Positions 56,357 through 64,000 of a DNA stretch of 64,000 nt are shown here, one piece after another. This stretch comes from an uncultured Desulfosarcina sp. GTDB taxonomy: Bacteria > Desulfobacterota > Desulfobacteria > Desulfobacterales > Desulfosarcinaceae. The stretch is from the NCBI GenBank assembly GCA_963674945.2, contig CAXXWQ010000003.1, positions 1,056,001-1,120,000 on the forward strand, read 5' to 3'. A program made the translations under genes and the position numbers. Under the pieces are notes generated by a model. The model was not told the DNA's origin. It saw only the letters and a program-made list of their open reading frames with translations, and did not search any database. Position 1 is the stretch's first letter. Every line of letters begins with the position of its first letter.

Positions 56357-57886
56357 TCATCGTGATACCCCTGCGGCAGGGGAACGAAATTGAATCGAAA
56401 CGGTGGTGCCGCCCGAGCCATCGCAGTCCGATCGGGCACTGCAGTGGTCACATCGGTCGATGTCACCGGGACACGGGTCACTTTCCGCAGGGATAAAACG
56501 ACACCGCTTGGAATCCAATTTCGTATCGAACCGGTACCGCTCGGAAAAAATGGCGATCCGCAAAAGATCTCGTCCCTTGCCACCGGCGTTGAAATCAAAG
56601 GGAGATTCCGATGCATGAGCATTCGTCTCACCGGCTGCGAAATAGTGGTTGAAAATCAGCCGCTGCTTCTCCTGGGTGATGCCTACGCCCGTGTCGCACA
56701 CTTCGAAGACAGGCCCCTTTTCTCCACCGCACACCGTCACCGTCACCCGGCCCTTGTCGGGTGTGTTTTGGACGGCATTTCGCAGCACACCCTTCACGAT
56801 CTTTTCCATCACCTCTTCGGGGATGGAGATCGGCTCGACAGGACCCACATGAATGTCCAGTCGAATATGGCGATAGGCAAATTCCTGGGCATACACCGCC
56901 AGTTGATTCGTCACCCATCGGTCGAGAGTGATCGTGGAACAGGTCTTCTCGACAGGGACGAATTCCCGATCGATGGCCTGTTGGATCACCTCCGGCACCC
57001 GGCTGCATCCCGGATGGGCCTCGGCCAATACGGCCAGCATGTCACGGCTGGCATCCAAAAGAAAGCTGAGCATACCATGGGACCGGTAATCCTTTTGCCG
57101 CAGCATGTCGCTGATTTCGTACTGAACGTCCAGCAACCGATTCAGATTTCGCCGAGCGCGTGCCAGGATTCGATTCAGGGACTCGTCCCATTCCCCCCGA
57201 TAACGATCCTCCATCAACCGGAAAGAGGCCGCCAGAACGGAAAGTGGTGTCTTCAATTCGTGGGACAGGTGGTGGATCACCTGCTCCTTGGCCCGGCTGA
57301 GCCCCTGTACGTTGTCGTATGCCCGGGTAAGCGCCTCGTTGATCCGGGCATTTTCAATGGGCAGAGCAACGAGATTGGCGATGCCCTCCAGAAGATTCAC
57401 GTCTGCGTTGTCGAACCCGCCCTCTCTCTTGTTTACCGCACAAAGCACCCCGATCATGCGGTTGTGAATGCGTAAGGGGACATCCAGCATATTCTTGGAA
57501 TGGTATCGGGCCTCTTTGTCCACACCTTCATAATAGAAGGGATTTTTGTCCGTCTGGGGAACGATCATCGGTTTTCCGGTATGATAGACCTGACCGGCCA
57601 CGCCCCTGTCCAGAGGAAATCGGATCCCCCTCATCTTTTGGCCCGTCTTGCGATCCGCGAAAGTGGCGGCGGAAATGAAAAAATCCTTTCTCGTCTCATC
57701 GATGAGGATGACCATGGCGCCGTCGGCCCGTATCAACGCTCTGACCTGGTTGGTGATATAGGCGAGCATGCGATCCAGCCGAGGGAACCGGTACAGGGCA
57801 CGGGAGATCCGAAACAATGCCCGATTGATCTGTTCGGGGCGTTTTGGATGCTGATTTTGCGGCAAATCATTCGTTTGGTCTGACAT
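56357..57886 (-). CDS. GAF-domain histidine kinase with a Cys-rich insertion in the ATPase domain
   Basis: GAF (GVAGQVYHTG, VPL, IGVLCAVNKREGGF), SHELKTPL, LRNAVQNT, DTGVGI; GGAG RBS before ATG 57886. Confidence 0.88.
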   Translation of the reverse strand: MSDQTNDLPQNQHPKRPEQINRALFRISRALYRFPRLDRMLAYITNQVRALIRADGAMVILIDETRKDFFISAATFADRKTGQKMRGIRFPLDRGVAGQVYHTGKPMIVPQTDKNPFYYEGVDKEARYHSKNMLDVPLRIHNRMIGVLCAVNKREGGFDNADVNLLEGIANLVALPIENARINEALTRAYDNVQGLSRAKEQVIHHLSHELKTPLSVLAASFRLMEDRYRGEWDESLNRILARARRNLNRLLDVQYEISDMLRQKDYRSHGMLSFLLDASRDMLAVLAEAHPGCSRVPEVIQQAIDREFVPVEKTCSTITLDRWVTNQLAVYAQEFAYRHIRLDIHVGPVEPISIPEEVMEKIVKGVLRNAVQNTPDKGRVTVTVCGGEKGPVFEVCDTGVGITQEKQRLIFNHYFAAGETNAHASESPFDFNAGGKGRDLLRIAIFSERYRFDTKLDSKRCRFIPAESDPCPGDIDRCDHCSARSDCDGSGGTTVSIQFRSPAAGVSR

Positions 57887-58333
57887 AAAATTGTCTCTCC
57901 GTGGATTTTTGCCCATGGTCACCGTTTGTAAAAAGATGGCCCACCAATAGTGCAAGGCAACCGCATTTGTCATCGATGATGGGAATCCGATGTCGCAGGC
58001 ATGGCCAGCTCCTACATAAAGCAACGAAGAATCAACCCTGAGGTTGGTGTAGGAGCTGGCCATGCCTGCGAAAAAAATTGAACCAAATGCGGTAACCCAG
58101 GCCGCACGAAGACGATCTATTGACAACACCGCAACAAAACCACTATCATTATCAAGGTATTATTTGAAAGAATGCATATCACTTGTCAAGTATTAAACCG
58201 GCAATTCAAAAGTGCGATCGTATCGAAGAAGCGGTAGTGGAAACCCGCATAAACCGTAGTTTTGGCAAAAGAACCGTATTGGGAAGATTGTCTATTGAAT
58301 TGCCGGTTTAACCGTATTCAATGAGTTGATATT

Positions 58334-58678
58334 ATGAGACTTTCGATTATGGTCGCCGTTTGCTGTCTGTGGGTGTGCCTTCCCGTCATCGCCAATGCGC
58401 TGACGACGGAGGAGATTCTCCTGCTCAAGCAAAACGGCGTATCCGAAAAGACCATCCAGATGATGCTGGAAAGTGAAATTCAGGCTGGCAAGAACCTTGA
58501 CGGGGAAGATACAATCGGCATAAGGACTATCATTCGATCCAATGGCCAGCCGGCCATCGTCTATTCGACGGGAGAGGGGGACCGGCACAGGCATGACGCA
58601 CACGAGCGATGGAAGGAGGAGCAGGCATGGGAGATGCTTCGCCGTATTGTCATCGACACGCGAAAGGATACCGACTGA
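58334..58678 (+). CDS. Secreted hypothetical protein
   Basis: Signal peptide ending ANA; LTTEEILLLKQNGVSEKTIQMML motif. Confidence 0.7.
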   Translation: MRLSIMVAVCCLWVCLPVIANALTTEEILLLKQNGVSEKTIQMMLESEIQAGKNLDGEDTIGIRTIIRSNGQPAIVYSTGEGDRHRHDAHERWKEEQAWEMLRRIVIDTRKDTD

Positions 58679-58735
58679 AAAGCTTTTCCGGGCCATAGAT
58701 GGCCAAACTGTATTACGCAAGCAGCTCATTTTTCT

Positions 58736-59272
58736 GTGAAAACCTCCAAACAATCGGTCACGGCCCACCTTTACCGCGACAGGACCATACGTACCCTCGT
58801 CGAAAATGCCGATTACGTGGGCGTAAAGAGCGTGGCGTCATCAAAATCCTTTGAACCGTTTTTAAAGGACATGTTTTCCTACAGACCGAAGTTGGTCCGA
58901 TTGCTATATCGCGTCCGGGCACCGTTGGTCCGCCTGCTGGGATTCACGCAGGACGCAATGCCGGCGATGGATGAGTGGGTTCCGGAGGAGTTTCCCATGT
59001 ACCCCTGCGGAAATTTGTGGTTTTTTACCGTCAGTCATGTAGAGAAGGATCGCCTGTGGATCGTCGGATGCCCCAGGGACAGGCATCTGGACGCAGACCT
59101 GGCGATCGTGGCGCAGCCATTGGCATCCGGACGCCGGCATTTTCACATCCTCACCGTGGTCCGCTACAAACACTGGACCGGACCGGTCTATTTCAACCTG
59201 ATCCGCCTGTTCAACCTCGTCTTGGTCGACCGCATGGCCCGTTCCGCCGCCCGTCCTTGCCCGCGTTCCTGA
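58736..59272 (+). CDS. DUF2867-like protein
   Basis: LYRVRAPLVRLLG, DRHLDA, TVVRYKHWTGPVYFNLIRLF. Confidence 0.7.
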   Translation: MKTSKQSVTAHLYRDRTIRTLVENADYVGVKSVASSKSFEPFLKDMFSYRPKLVRLLYRVRAPLVRLLGFTQDAMPAMDEWVPEEFPMYPCGNLWFFTVSHVEKDRLWIVGCPRDRHLDADLAIVAQPLASGRRHFHILTVVRYKHWTGPVYFNLIRLFNLVLVDRMARSAARPCPRS

Positions 59273-59308
59273 TCGGCCAGATCAAAGTACGGAAAAACGG
59301 ATTCGTAT

Positions 59309-59566
59309 GATGAACTCAGGATCCTGGTCGAAAATGGATTTTCTCCCTATGAGGCTCTCGCCGCCGGCACCGTCCAGGCATCCAAAATCGTAGCGCGCAT
59401 GATCGGAAAGGACGATTTCGGCACAATCGCACCGGGAAAACGGGCAGATATGGTCCTGGTGGCGCAAAATCCGCTGGAAGATGTGGCCCATGCACGAAAG
59501 ATTCACGGGGTGATGGCAGCCGGCAGATGGTATGACAAACGGTCCATCGCAGACATGATACAATAA
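59309..59566 (+). pseudogene. C-terminal remnant of an amidohydrolase
   Basis: Not in ORF track. DELRILVENGFSPYEALAAGT...GTIAPGKRADMVLVAQNPLEDV...GVMAAGRWYD...*; no N-terminal part. Confidence 0.8.
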
Positions 59567-59582
59567 AATAGGAGGAGGCCAG

Positions 59583-60110
59583 ATGACCTTACCCAGTCCC
59601 CTGAAAGTCGTTTTCTTGTTGGTGGTGGCATGTCTCATGGGGTCGGGAGTATCCCCTTGCGCAAGGGCCCAAAGCCAGACGACGCCAGAAGATACTGCCA
59701 CGACGCAATCCCCGGACGAAGACCAATCGGAAAAGACGGCATTCGGGCTTTTTCCCATGAGGGATCTGCACGACATTATTCGGAAGGAGCGCATAGCGGC
59801 CCTCTCCGAGATCGATGACGAACGCAAAGCCACCTTGGCGTATCTGTCACAGGAACGTCAGACAGTGATCGAGACGCTGACCACCGAGACGCATCGCATC
59901 ACCGAATTGTTATTGGCGGAAAGGCGAACGACCATGCTCGAACTGGAAGTCATGGGCAACCGGATGATCCAAAACGCCATATCCGAGAGCAAAGCGCTGA
60001 TCGATCATCTCATTCTCCGGGTCCTCGAGTTGGCCCTGGCGATAATGTTTCTTCTCTCCATTGCAGGCTTTGTCGGCTATCGAATATGGAGGAAAGGAAA
60101 ATCGCAGTAG
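59583..60110 (+). CDS. Hypothetical membrane protein (signal peptide, coiled coil, C-terminal TM)
   Basis: AGGAGG RBS; hydrophobic N- and C-termini. Confidence 0.7.
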   Translation: MTLPSPLKVVFLLVVACLMGSGVSPCARAQSQTTPEDTATTQSPDEDQSEKTAFGLFPMRDLHDIIRKERIAALSEIDDERKATLAYLSQERQTVIETLTTETHRITELLLAERRTTMLELEVMGNRMIQNAISESKALIDHLILRVLELALAIMFLLSIAGFVGYRIWRKGKSQ

Positions 60111-60160
60111 TCGCTGATTTGTATTGACAAACGAGTTAACTTAGAGGTCTGCGTATGGTA

Positions 60161-61180
60161 TCAGCAGCCCTCCAAGTGAGAGTCAACTTCGTCGCCAAAG
60201 ATGACCCGCCCGATCACCTGGGCCAGCTTTTTCGGGTCGTGACGGATGATGTCCCCCGATGTGTCGATAAGGTCCTCCTGGATCAAGCGGCAATCGGGAT
60301 CCGGAAATCCAATCCCCACGAAGTCCGATTTCTGTTTCCGATACAATGCCAGCAGTCGCTCGTCGGGCCGGCGGTTATTTACGATGGCCCCATCGATTTT
60401 CCGGCCGGCGAATTCCTGAAACGTCGCGATAAAATCGCTGGCTTGAAAGTGATTGGTTTCACCGAATTTGGTCATGATGTTGACTACGAAATAAAGGGGG
60501 GCCGACACGGCGGCGAGTTTTTCACGAAGACCGGGCACGATGAGATTGGGAATGATACTGGTGAACAGATCGCCGGGACCGAGGATGATGAAGTCGGCAT
60601 CGGCGATGGCCTTGAGTGATGGTGGATAGACTTTGATGGTATCGTTATGGTGGGGCACCAGATAGACATCCCGAATCGTTTCCCGCTGATGTCCCCTGGG
60701 GGTGTCGATGGCACTCTCACCGTAAATTCGGCAACCGTCGGTCAGTTCCGCCACCAGCGTTGCCCGATCGATGGTCACCGGAAGAATCTCGGCGTCGACA
60801 TCCAGAATTTCACCCAGCGCCTGGACGCCGGCCGGGAAACTACCGGTATACCGTGAAAGCATGGTAAGCAGCATGTTGCCGGCATTATGACCTTGCAGCC
60901 GTCGATCTTTCACGAACCGTTTTTGGAAGATGGCCCGGACGGCTTCCTGGTGGGGAGACAGGGCCAGCGCACACTTGAGGATATCTCCGGGGGGAAGGGT
61001 GCCCAACTCGTCACGGAGCCGACCGGTGCTTCCACCGCTGTCGACCATGGAGACAATGGCGCTGATTTGAATGCCCGAGAGGTATTTCAGACCGGACAGC
61101 AGGGCGTAGTGACCGCTGCCGCCACCGATGGTGACCACGCGAACCGGTCGTTTTTTGGTATTGGAAGTGGTTTCCATCAT
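60161..61180 (-). CDS. yvcK: YvcK/GlmR (UPF0052) family protein
   Basis: VVTIGGGSG, DSGGSTGRLR, PPGD, GHNAGN, GPGDLFTSIIPNL, RHDPKKLA. Confidence 0.9.
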   Translation of the reverse strand: MMETTSNTKKRPVRVVTIGGGSGHYALLSGLKYLSGIQISAIVSMVDSGGSTGRLRDELGTLPPGDILKCALALSPHQEAVRAIFQKRFVKDRRLQGHNAGNMLLTMLSRYTGSFPAGVQALGEILDVDAEILPVTIDRATLVAELTDGCRIYGESAIDTPRGHQRETIRDVYLVPHHNDTIKVYPPSLKAIADADFIILGPGDLFTSIIPNLIVPGLREKLAAVSAPLYFVVNIMTKFGETNHFQASDFIATFQEFAGRKIDGAIVNNRRPDERLLALYRKQKSDFVGIGFPDPDCRLIQEDLIDTSGDIIRHDPKKLAQVIGRVIFGDEVDSHLEGC

Positions 61181-61187
61181 GGTTTCC

Positions 61188-62360
61188 TTATGAGCTTGTT
61201 TCGTGGGCAAGCCGTTGCCCCTGGTATCCTTTTTTCCGGGTAATCCCCTTGGCGATGACCAAGTTTTTCCCCTCCCGCGTGCCATCGGCCAAAACCCGCG
61301 GATCGTGACCGGGACCCCTTCGGGAAAAAGACCGAAGGTTTGGATAGCGCTGGGTCATGAATCGGGCAAGGGCGTGGTCCGTAACACATACGGGCAGGTG
61401 GTTTCCCTTTTCTCTTTTCCCCGTTTCAACAGCCCGCGCCAGCGTCGATTCGAATCCCTGAATGATGCCCACGGCAAAATCGGTCTTGCGGTACCGATTC
61501 AGTCCCCTTCCCTTTCCATATTCCTCCCAACGCGTATCGATGTATCGATAAACCGTGTCGTAGACATACGCGGCGATCTGGACATTGGTCCGGGTTCCGT
61601 TGATCTCCAGCACCCGTCCCATCTTCTCTTTTTCCACTACCCAGGCCTCGATCCACACGCCCTGTACGAAATAGTAATCCTGAAGCAGGTGGGCGAGATG
61701 ATAGGCCTCCCGGAAATGCCGCAACCTGGGAACGCCTAAGAAAACACTGTGAAAATTTCGTTCGTTGCCGCCCTCGATCAACGCCACGTTATGCCTGCGG
61801 ATCAGCTCATGGGCCTTTGCCATGGCAGCCTGGGCTTCGTTGGGGTTGCTGCTGTCGGCAAGGGCCAGGAGCTTGTGAATCTTCATCACGATCCGATCAC
61901 GCTCATCCAGATGCCCGTTTTGGTGAAGCCGTTCGTGCAAAGGGGCATAGGTACCCGATGCCTTCGGATTGGCGCGAAGCAGGCGACAGGCTTGCCGAAA
62001 CCCCGGGCCATGATCCGACTCCGCAGTGATCGCCATGGCCTCGTGGGTCACCTGATGGGCCATTTCGTGAAGCAACACCTCCCTGATGTCGTCCCAGCGA
62101 CCATTTTCGACGAGTTCGCGCCCCAGTGTAATCTCCCTCTTGCCGGGGTCCCAGAATCCCAAACGGTGCTTCATCTCCTTGATGGAAAACAGGGGCTTGC
62201 GCGTGGCAGCCCGAAGCATATCCGGCAGCAGCCACAGGGCATTTTCATACTCCGCCGAAAGACCGCGGAGAATTCGCCGGTCAAAGTCGGATCGGATCCT
62301 AAAGGAACCGTCATGGTCTTGCTCCGTGGTACGCATCGGTTCTTGGCGCTCTCCTGTCAC
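61188..62360 (-). CDS. SprT-like metalloprotease domain + DUF2786-like domain protein
   Basis: LLHEMAHQ...[32 protein letters not shown]. Confidence 0.8.
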   Translation of the reverse strand: MTGERQEPMRTTEQDHDGSFRIRSDFDRRILRGLSAEYENALWLLPDMLRAATRKPLFSIKEMKHRLGFWDPGKREITLGRELVENGRWDDIREVLLHEMAHQVTHEAMAITAESDHGPGFRQACRLLRANPKASGTYAPLHERLHQNGHLDERDRIVMKIHKLLALADSSNPNEAQAAMAKAHELIRRHNVALIEGGNERNFHSVFLGVPRLRHFREAYHLAHLLQDYYFVQGVWIEAWVVEKEKMGRVLEINGTRTNVQIAAYVYDTVYRYIDTRWEEYGKGRGLNRYRKTDFAVGIIQGFESTLARAVETGKREKGNHLPVCVTDHALARFMTQRYPNLRSFSRRGPGHDPRVLADGTREGKNLVIAKGITRKKGYQGQRLAHETSS

Positions 62361-62809
62361 GCCAACATCTGTGCCAGTGCCTCCAGAGCGAACAGATAGC
62401 CCGCGGCCCCCAGACCGGTGATCTGCCCGGTGGCGATGTCGGCGACGTAGGAGTGGTGTCGGAAGGATTCCCTTTTGTGGATGTTGGACAGGTGGACTTC
62501 GACAGTAGGGACATCCAGAATCAAAATCGCATCCCGGATGGCGATGCTGGTGTGGGTGTATGCGGCCGGGTTGATGATCAACCCCTGCACCTTTCCCACG
62601 GCCTTCTGGATCGCCCCTACGATCTCCCCCTCGTGGTTGGACTGGAAAGTGGAAATCGCGAGTCCCAGCCGGGCCGCGCGTTCAACCAGGGAAGTGTTGA
62701 TGTCATCCATCGTCCGAATGCCGTAATGATCGGGTTCGCGCTTCCCCAACATGTTCAGGTTGGGGCCATGAACCACGAGAATCTGTTTCATTTTTGATTC
62801 GTCAGCCAT
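62357..62809 (-). CDS. aroQ: Type II 3-dehydroquinate dehydratase
   Basis: [35 protein letters not shown]. Confidence 0.96.
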   Translation of the reverse strand: MADESKMKQILVVHGPNLNMLGKREPDHYGIRTMDDINTSLVERAARLGLAISTFQSNHEGEIVGAIQKAVGKVQGLIINPAAYTHTSIAIRDAILILDVPTVEVHLSNIHKRESFRHHSYVADIATGQITGLGAAGYLFALEALAQMLA

Positions 62810-62820
62810 GGATCACTCCG

Positions 62821-63471
62821 TTACCAGGATGCCTTGAGGGTGGCGATGGTTTTGGTGTAGTCGTCGCTTCCGAAAACGGCGCTTCCGGCCACGAATACAT
62901 CCACGCCGGCCTGGGAAATCCGTTCGATGGTCGTCGCGTTGACCCCGCCGTCCATCTGAATGAGGGTGGACAATCCCCTTTCGGCAATCATCGACTTGAG
63001 CCGGACAACCTTGTCCAGGGCCGAGGGAATGAATTTCTGCCCGCCGAATCCTGGATTGACGCTCATGATCACGACGAGGGAGAGATCCGCCAGGACCCAC
63101 TGGATGGATTCCACCGGCGTGGCAGGGTTCAGGGCCACTGCCGGTTTTGCCCCTTTTTCACGAATCAGTTGAATGGTTCGATGAAGGTGAAGACATGCCT
63201 CCTGATGAACGGCGATGTAGTCGGCACCTGCATCGGCAAAATCCTGGATGTACCGGTCCGGATTGTCGATCATCAGGTGAACGTCCATGGGAAGCGTCGT
63301 GGACCGTCGCACGGCCTCGACCACCAATGGCCCCATGGTGATGTTGGGGACGAAGCAGCCATCCATGACATCCACATGGATCCAGTCTGCACCGGCAGCC
63401 TCCACTGCACGAATCTCGTCGCCGAGCCTGGAAAAATCAGCCGACAGAATCGAAGGTGCGATCGCTTTCAT
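62821..63471 (-). CDS. rpe: Ribulose-phosphate 3-epimerase
   Basis: IAPSILSADF, HVDVMDG, DVHLM, MSVNPGFGGQ, DGG, VAGSA. Confidence 0.96.
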   Translation of the reverse strand: MKAIAPSILSADFSRLGDEIRAVEAAGADWIHVDVMDGCFVPNITMGPLVVEAVRRSTTLPMDVHLMIDNPDRYIQDFADAGADYIAVHQEACLHLHRTIQLIREKGAKPAVALNPATPVESIQWVLADLSLVVIMSVNPGFGGQKFIPSALDKVVRLKSMIAERGLSTLIQMDGGVNATTIERISQAGVDVFVAGSAVFGSDDYTKTIATLKASW

Positions 63472-63506
63472 AGTATCCTCTTGCCATTTGACTTCTAAAG
63501 AACTCG

Positions 63507-64000
63507 TTATTCATCCATGAAAATGGTCTGAACCAACAGATCATCCACATATACGAGTATCGTGGGGTTACCATTTTTTGGCACGAAAAGCCAGACCTCA
63601 TGACCGGGTGTCAGAAATTCATCGAAAAGGGTTACGGTGAACCAGGGCTGACTCAGCTTCACCTGAACCCTTTTTTTCAGGAAACCGTTTTCCAGTTGGA
63701 AACGGAACAACCTTATCGAATCCGTTTCATCGGCGCTGTTTTGGGTACGGTCGGTCTCGGAACGGTTGACCGACAGGTCCACGCGACTTCCCCGGATCAC
63801 CCGATAGCCGGCGGGCGGTGCCTGATCCACAACGGTTTCCAGCGGGCGGTGGTCATGGTGGACGACGCTGATGTTACCCACAACCAATTGCATCTGCTCC
63901 AGGCGACCGATGGCCGCCGCCAGGGTAAAGCCGGAGAGATCCGCCATGGGATAGGCGATCTGCGGCGGTCCCTGGCTGACAAGCAGATCCACACAGGTGT
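63507..64000 (-). CDS. PASTA domain-containing protein, C-terminal part; runs off window end
   Basis: VDLLVSQGP...MADLSG...VVDQAPPAGYRVIRGSRVDLSVN. Confidence 0.8.
   Translation of the reverse strand, partial: TCVDLLVSQGPPQIAYPMADLSGFTLAAAIGRLEQMQLVVGNISVVHHDHRPLETVVDQAPPAGYRVIRGSRVDLSVNRSETDRTQNSADETDSIRLFRFQLENGFLKKRVQVKLSQPWFTVTLFDEFLTPGHEVWLFVPKNGNPTILVYVDDLLVQTIFMDE

Noticed and set aside
57887..58129. Upstream extension of the GAF kinase ORF
   Set aside because: TTG start without support; a GGAG RBS precedes ATG 57886
1..64000. CRISPR array, tRNA or rRNA genes
   Set aside because: No regularly spaced repeat-spacer series, cloverleaf or rRNA signature seen

Overview
This 64 kb window is bacterial chromosome; gene content suggests a sulfate-reducing Desulfobacterales/Desulfosarcina-like anaerobe (inference). 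(1) 1-10 kb: an IclR-associated amino-acid catabolic island. An amidohydrolase, a proline racemase-family enzyme and a PotABCD-type ABC importer sit divergent from an unusual tandem (intact + degenerate) KamA-like radical SAM aminomutase and a stand-alone M23-like domain. (2) 10-13.4 kb: an envelope lipoprotein/M48-TPR cluster. (3) 13.7-29.3 kb: an accessory region. It holds an orphan radical SAM/SPASM enzyme, a MalT/BTAD-type regulator, and a coupled gene pair resembling a split bacterial large-lipid-transfer protein (vitellogenin/MTP/apoB-like), the top novelty candidate. It continues into an AT-rich patch with two near-identical attC sites but no integrase, a higBA cassette whose toxin is internally deleted, a complete IS4 (17-bp IRs, 10-bp TSD) separating an isochorismatase gene from a triple-operator promoter, and a decayed cassette gene. 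(4) 29.4-34.4 kb: His-rich protein, PBP1A, radical SAM. (5) 34.9-51.3 kb: mltG plus a cobamide cluster (cbiD, cbiET, internally deleted cbiF, cbiG, cbiH, btuR, cbiP, an inserted gingipain-like C25 protease, cobU, cobS, cobD, cbiB, cbiR-like, U32 protein, pterin-binding protein). (6) 51.3-64 kb: MCP, GalT-like protein, homocysteine methyltransferase, two histidine kinases, yvcK, SprT-like protein, aroQ, rpe and a PASTA protein. No rRNA, tRNA or CRISPR array was seen. All family calls come from motif recognition by eye, not database searches.
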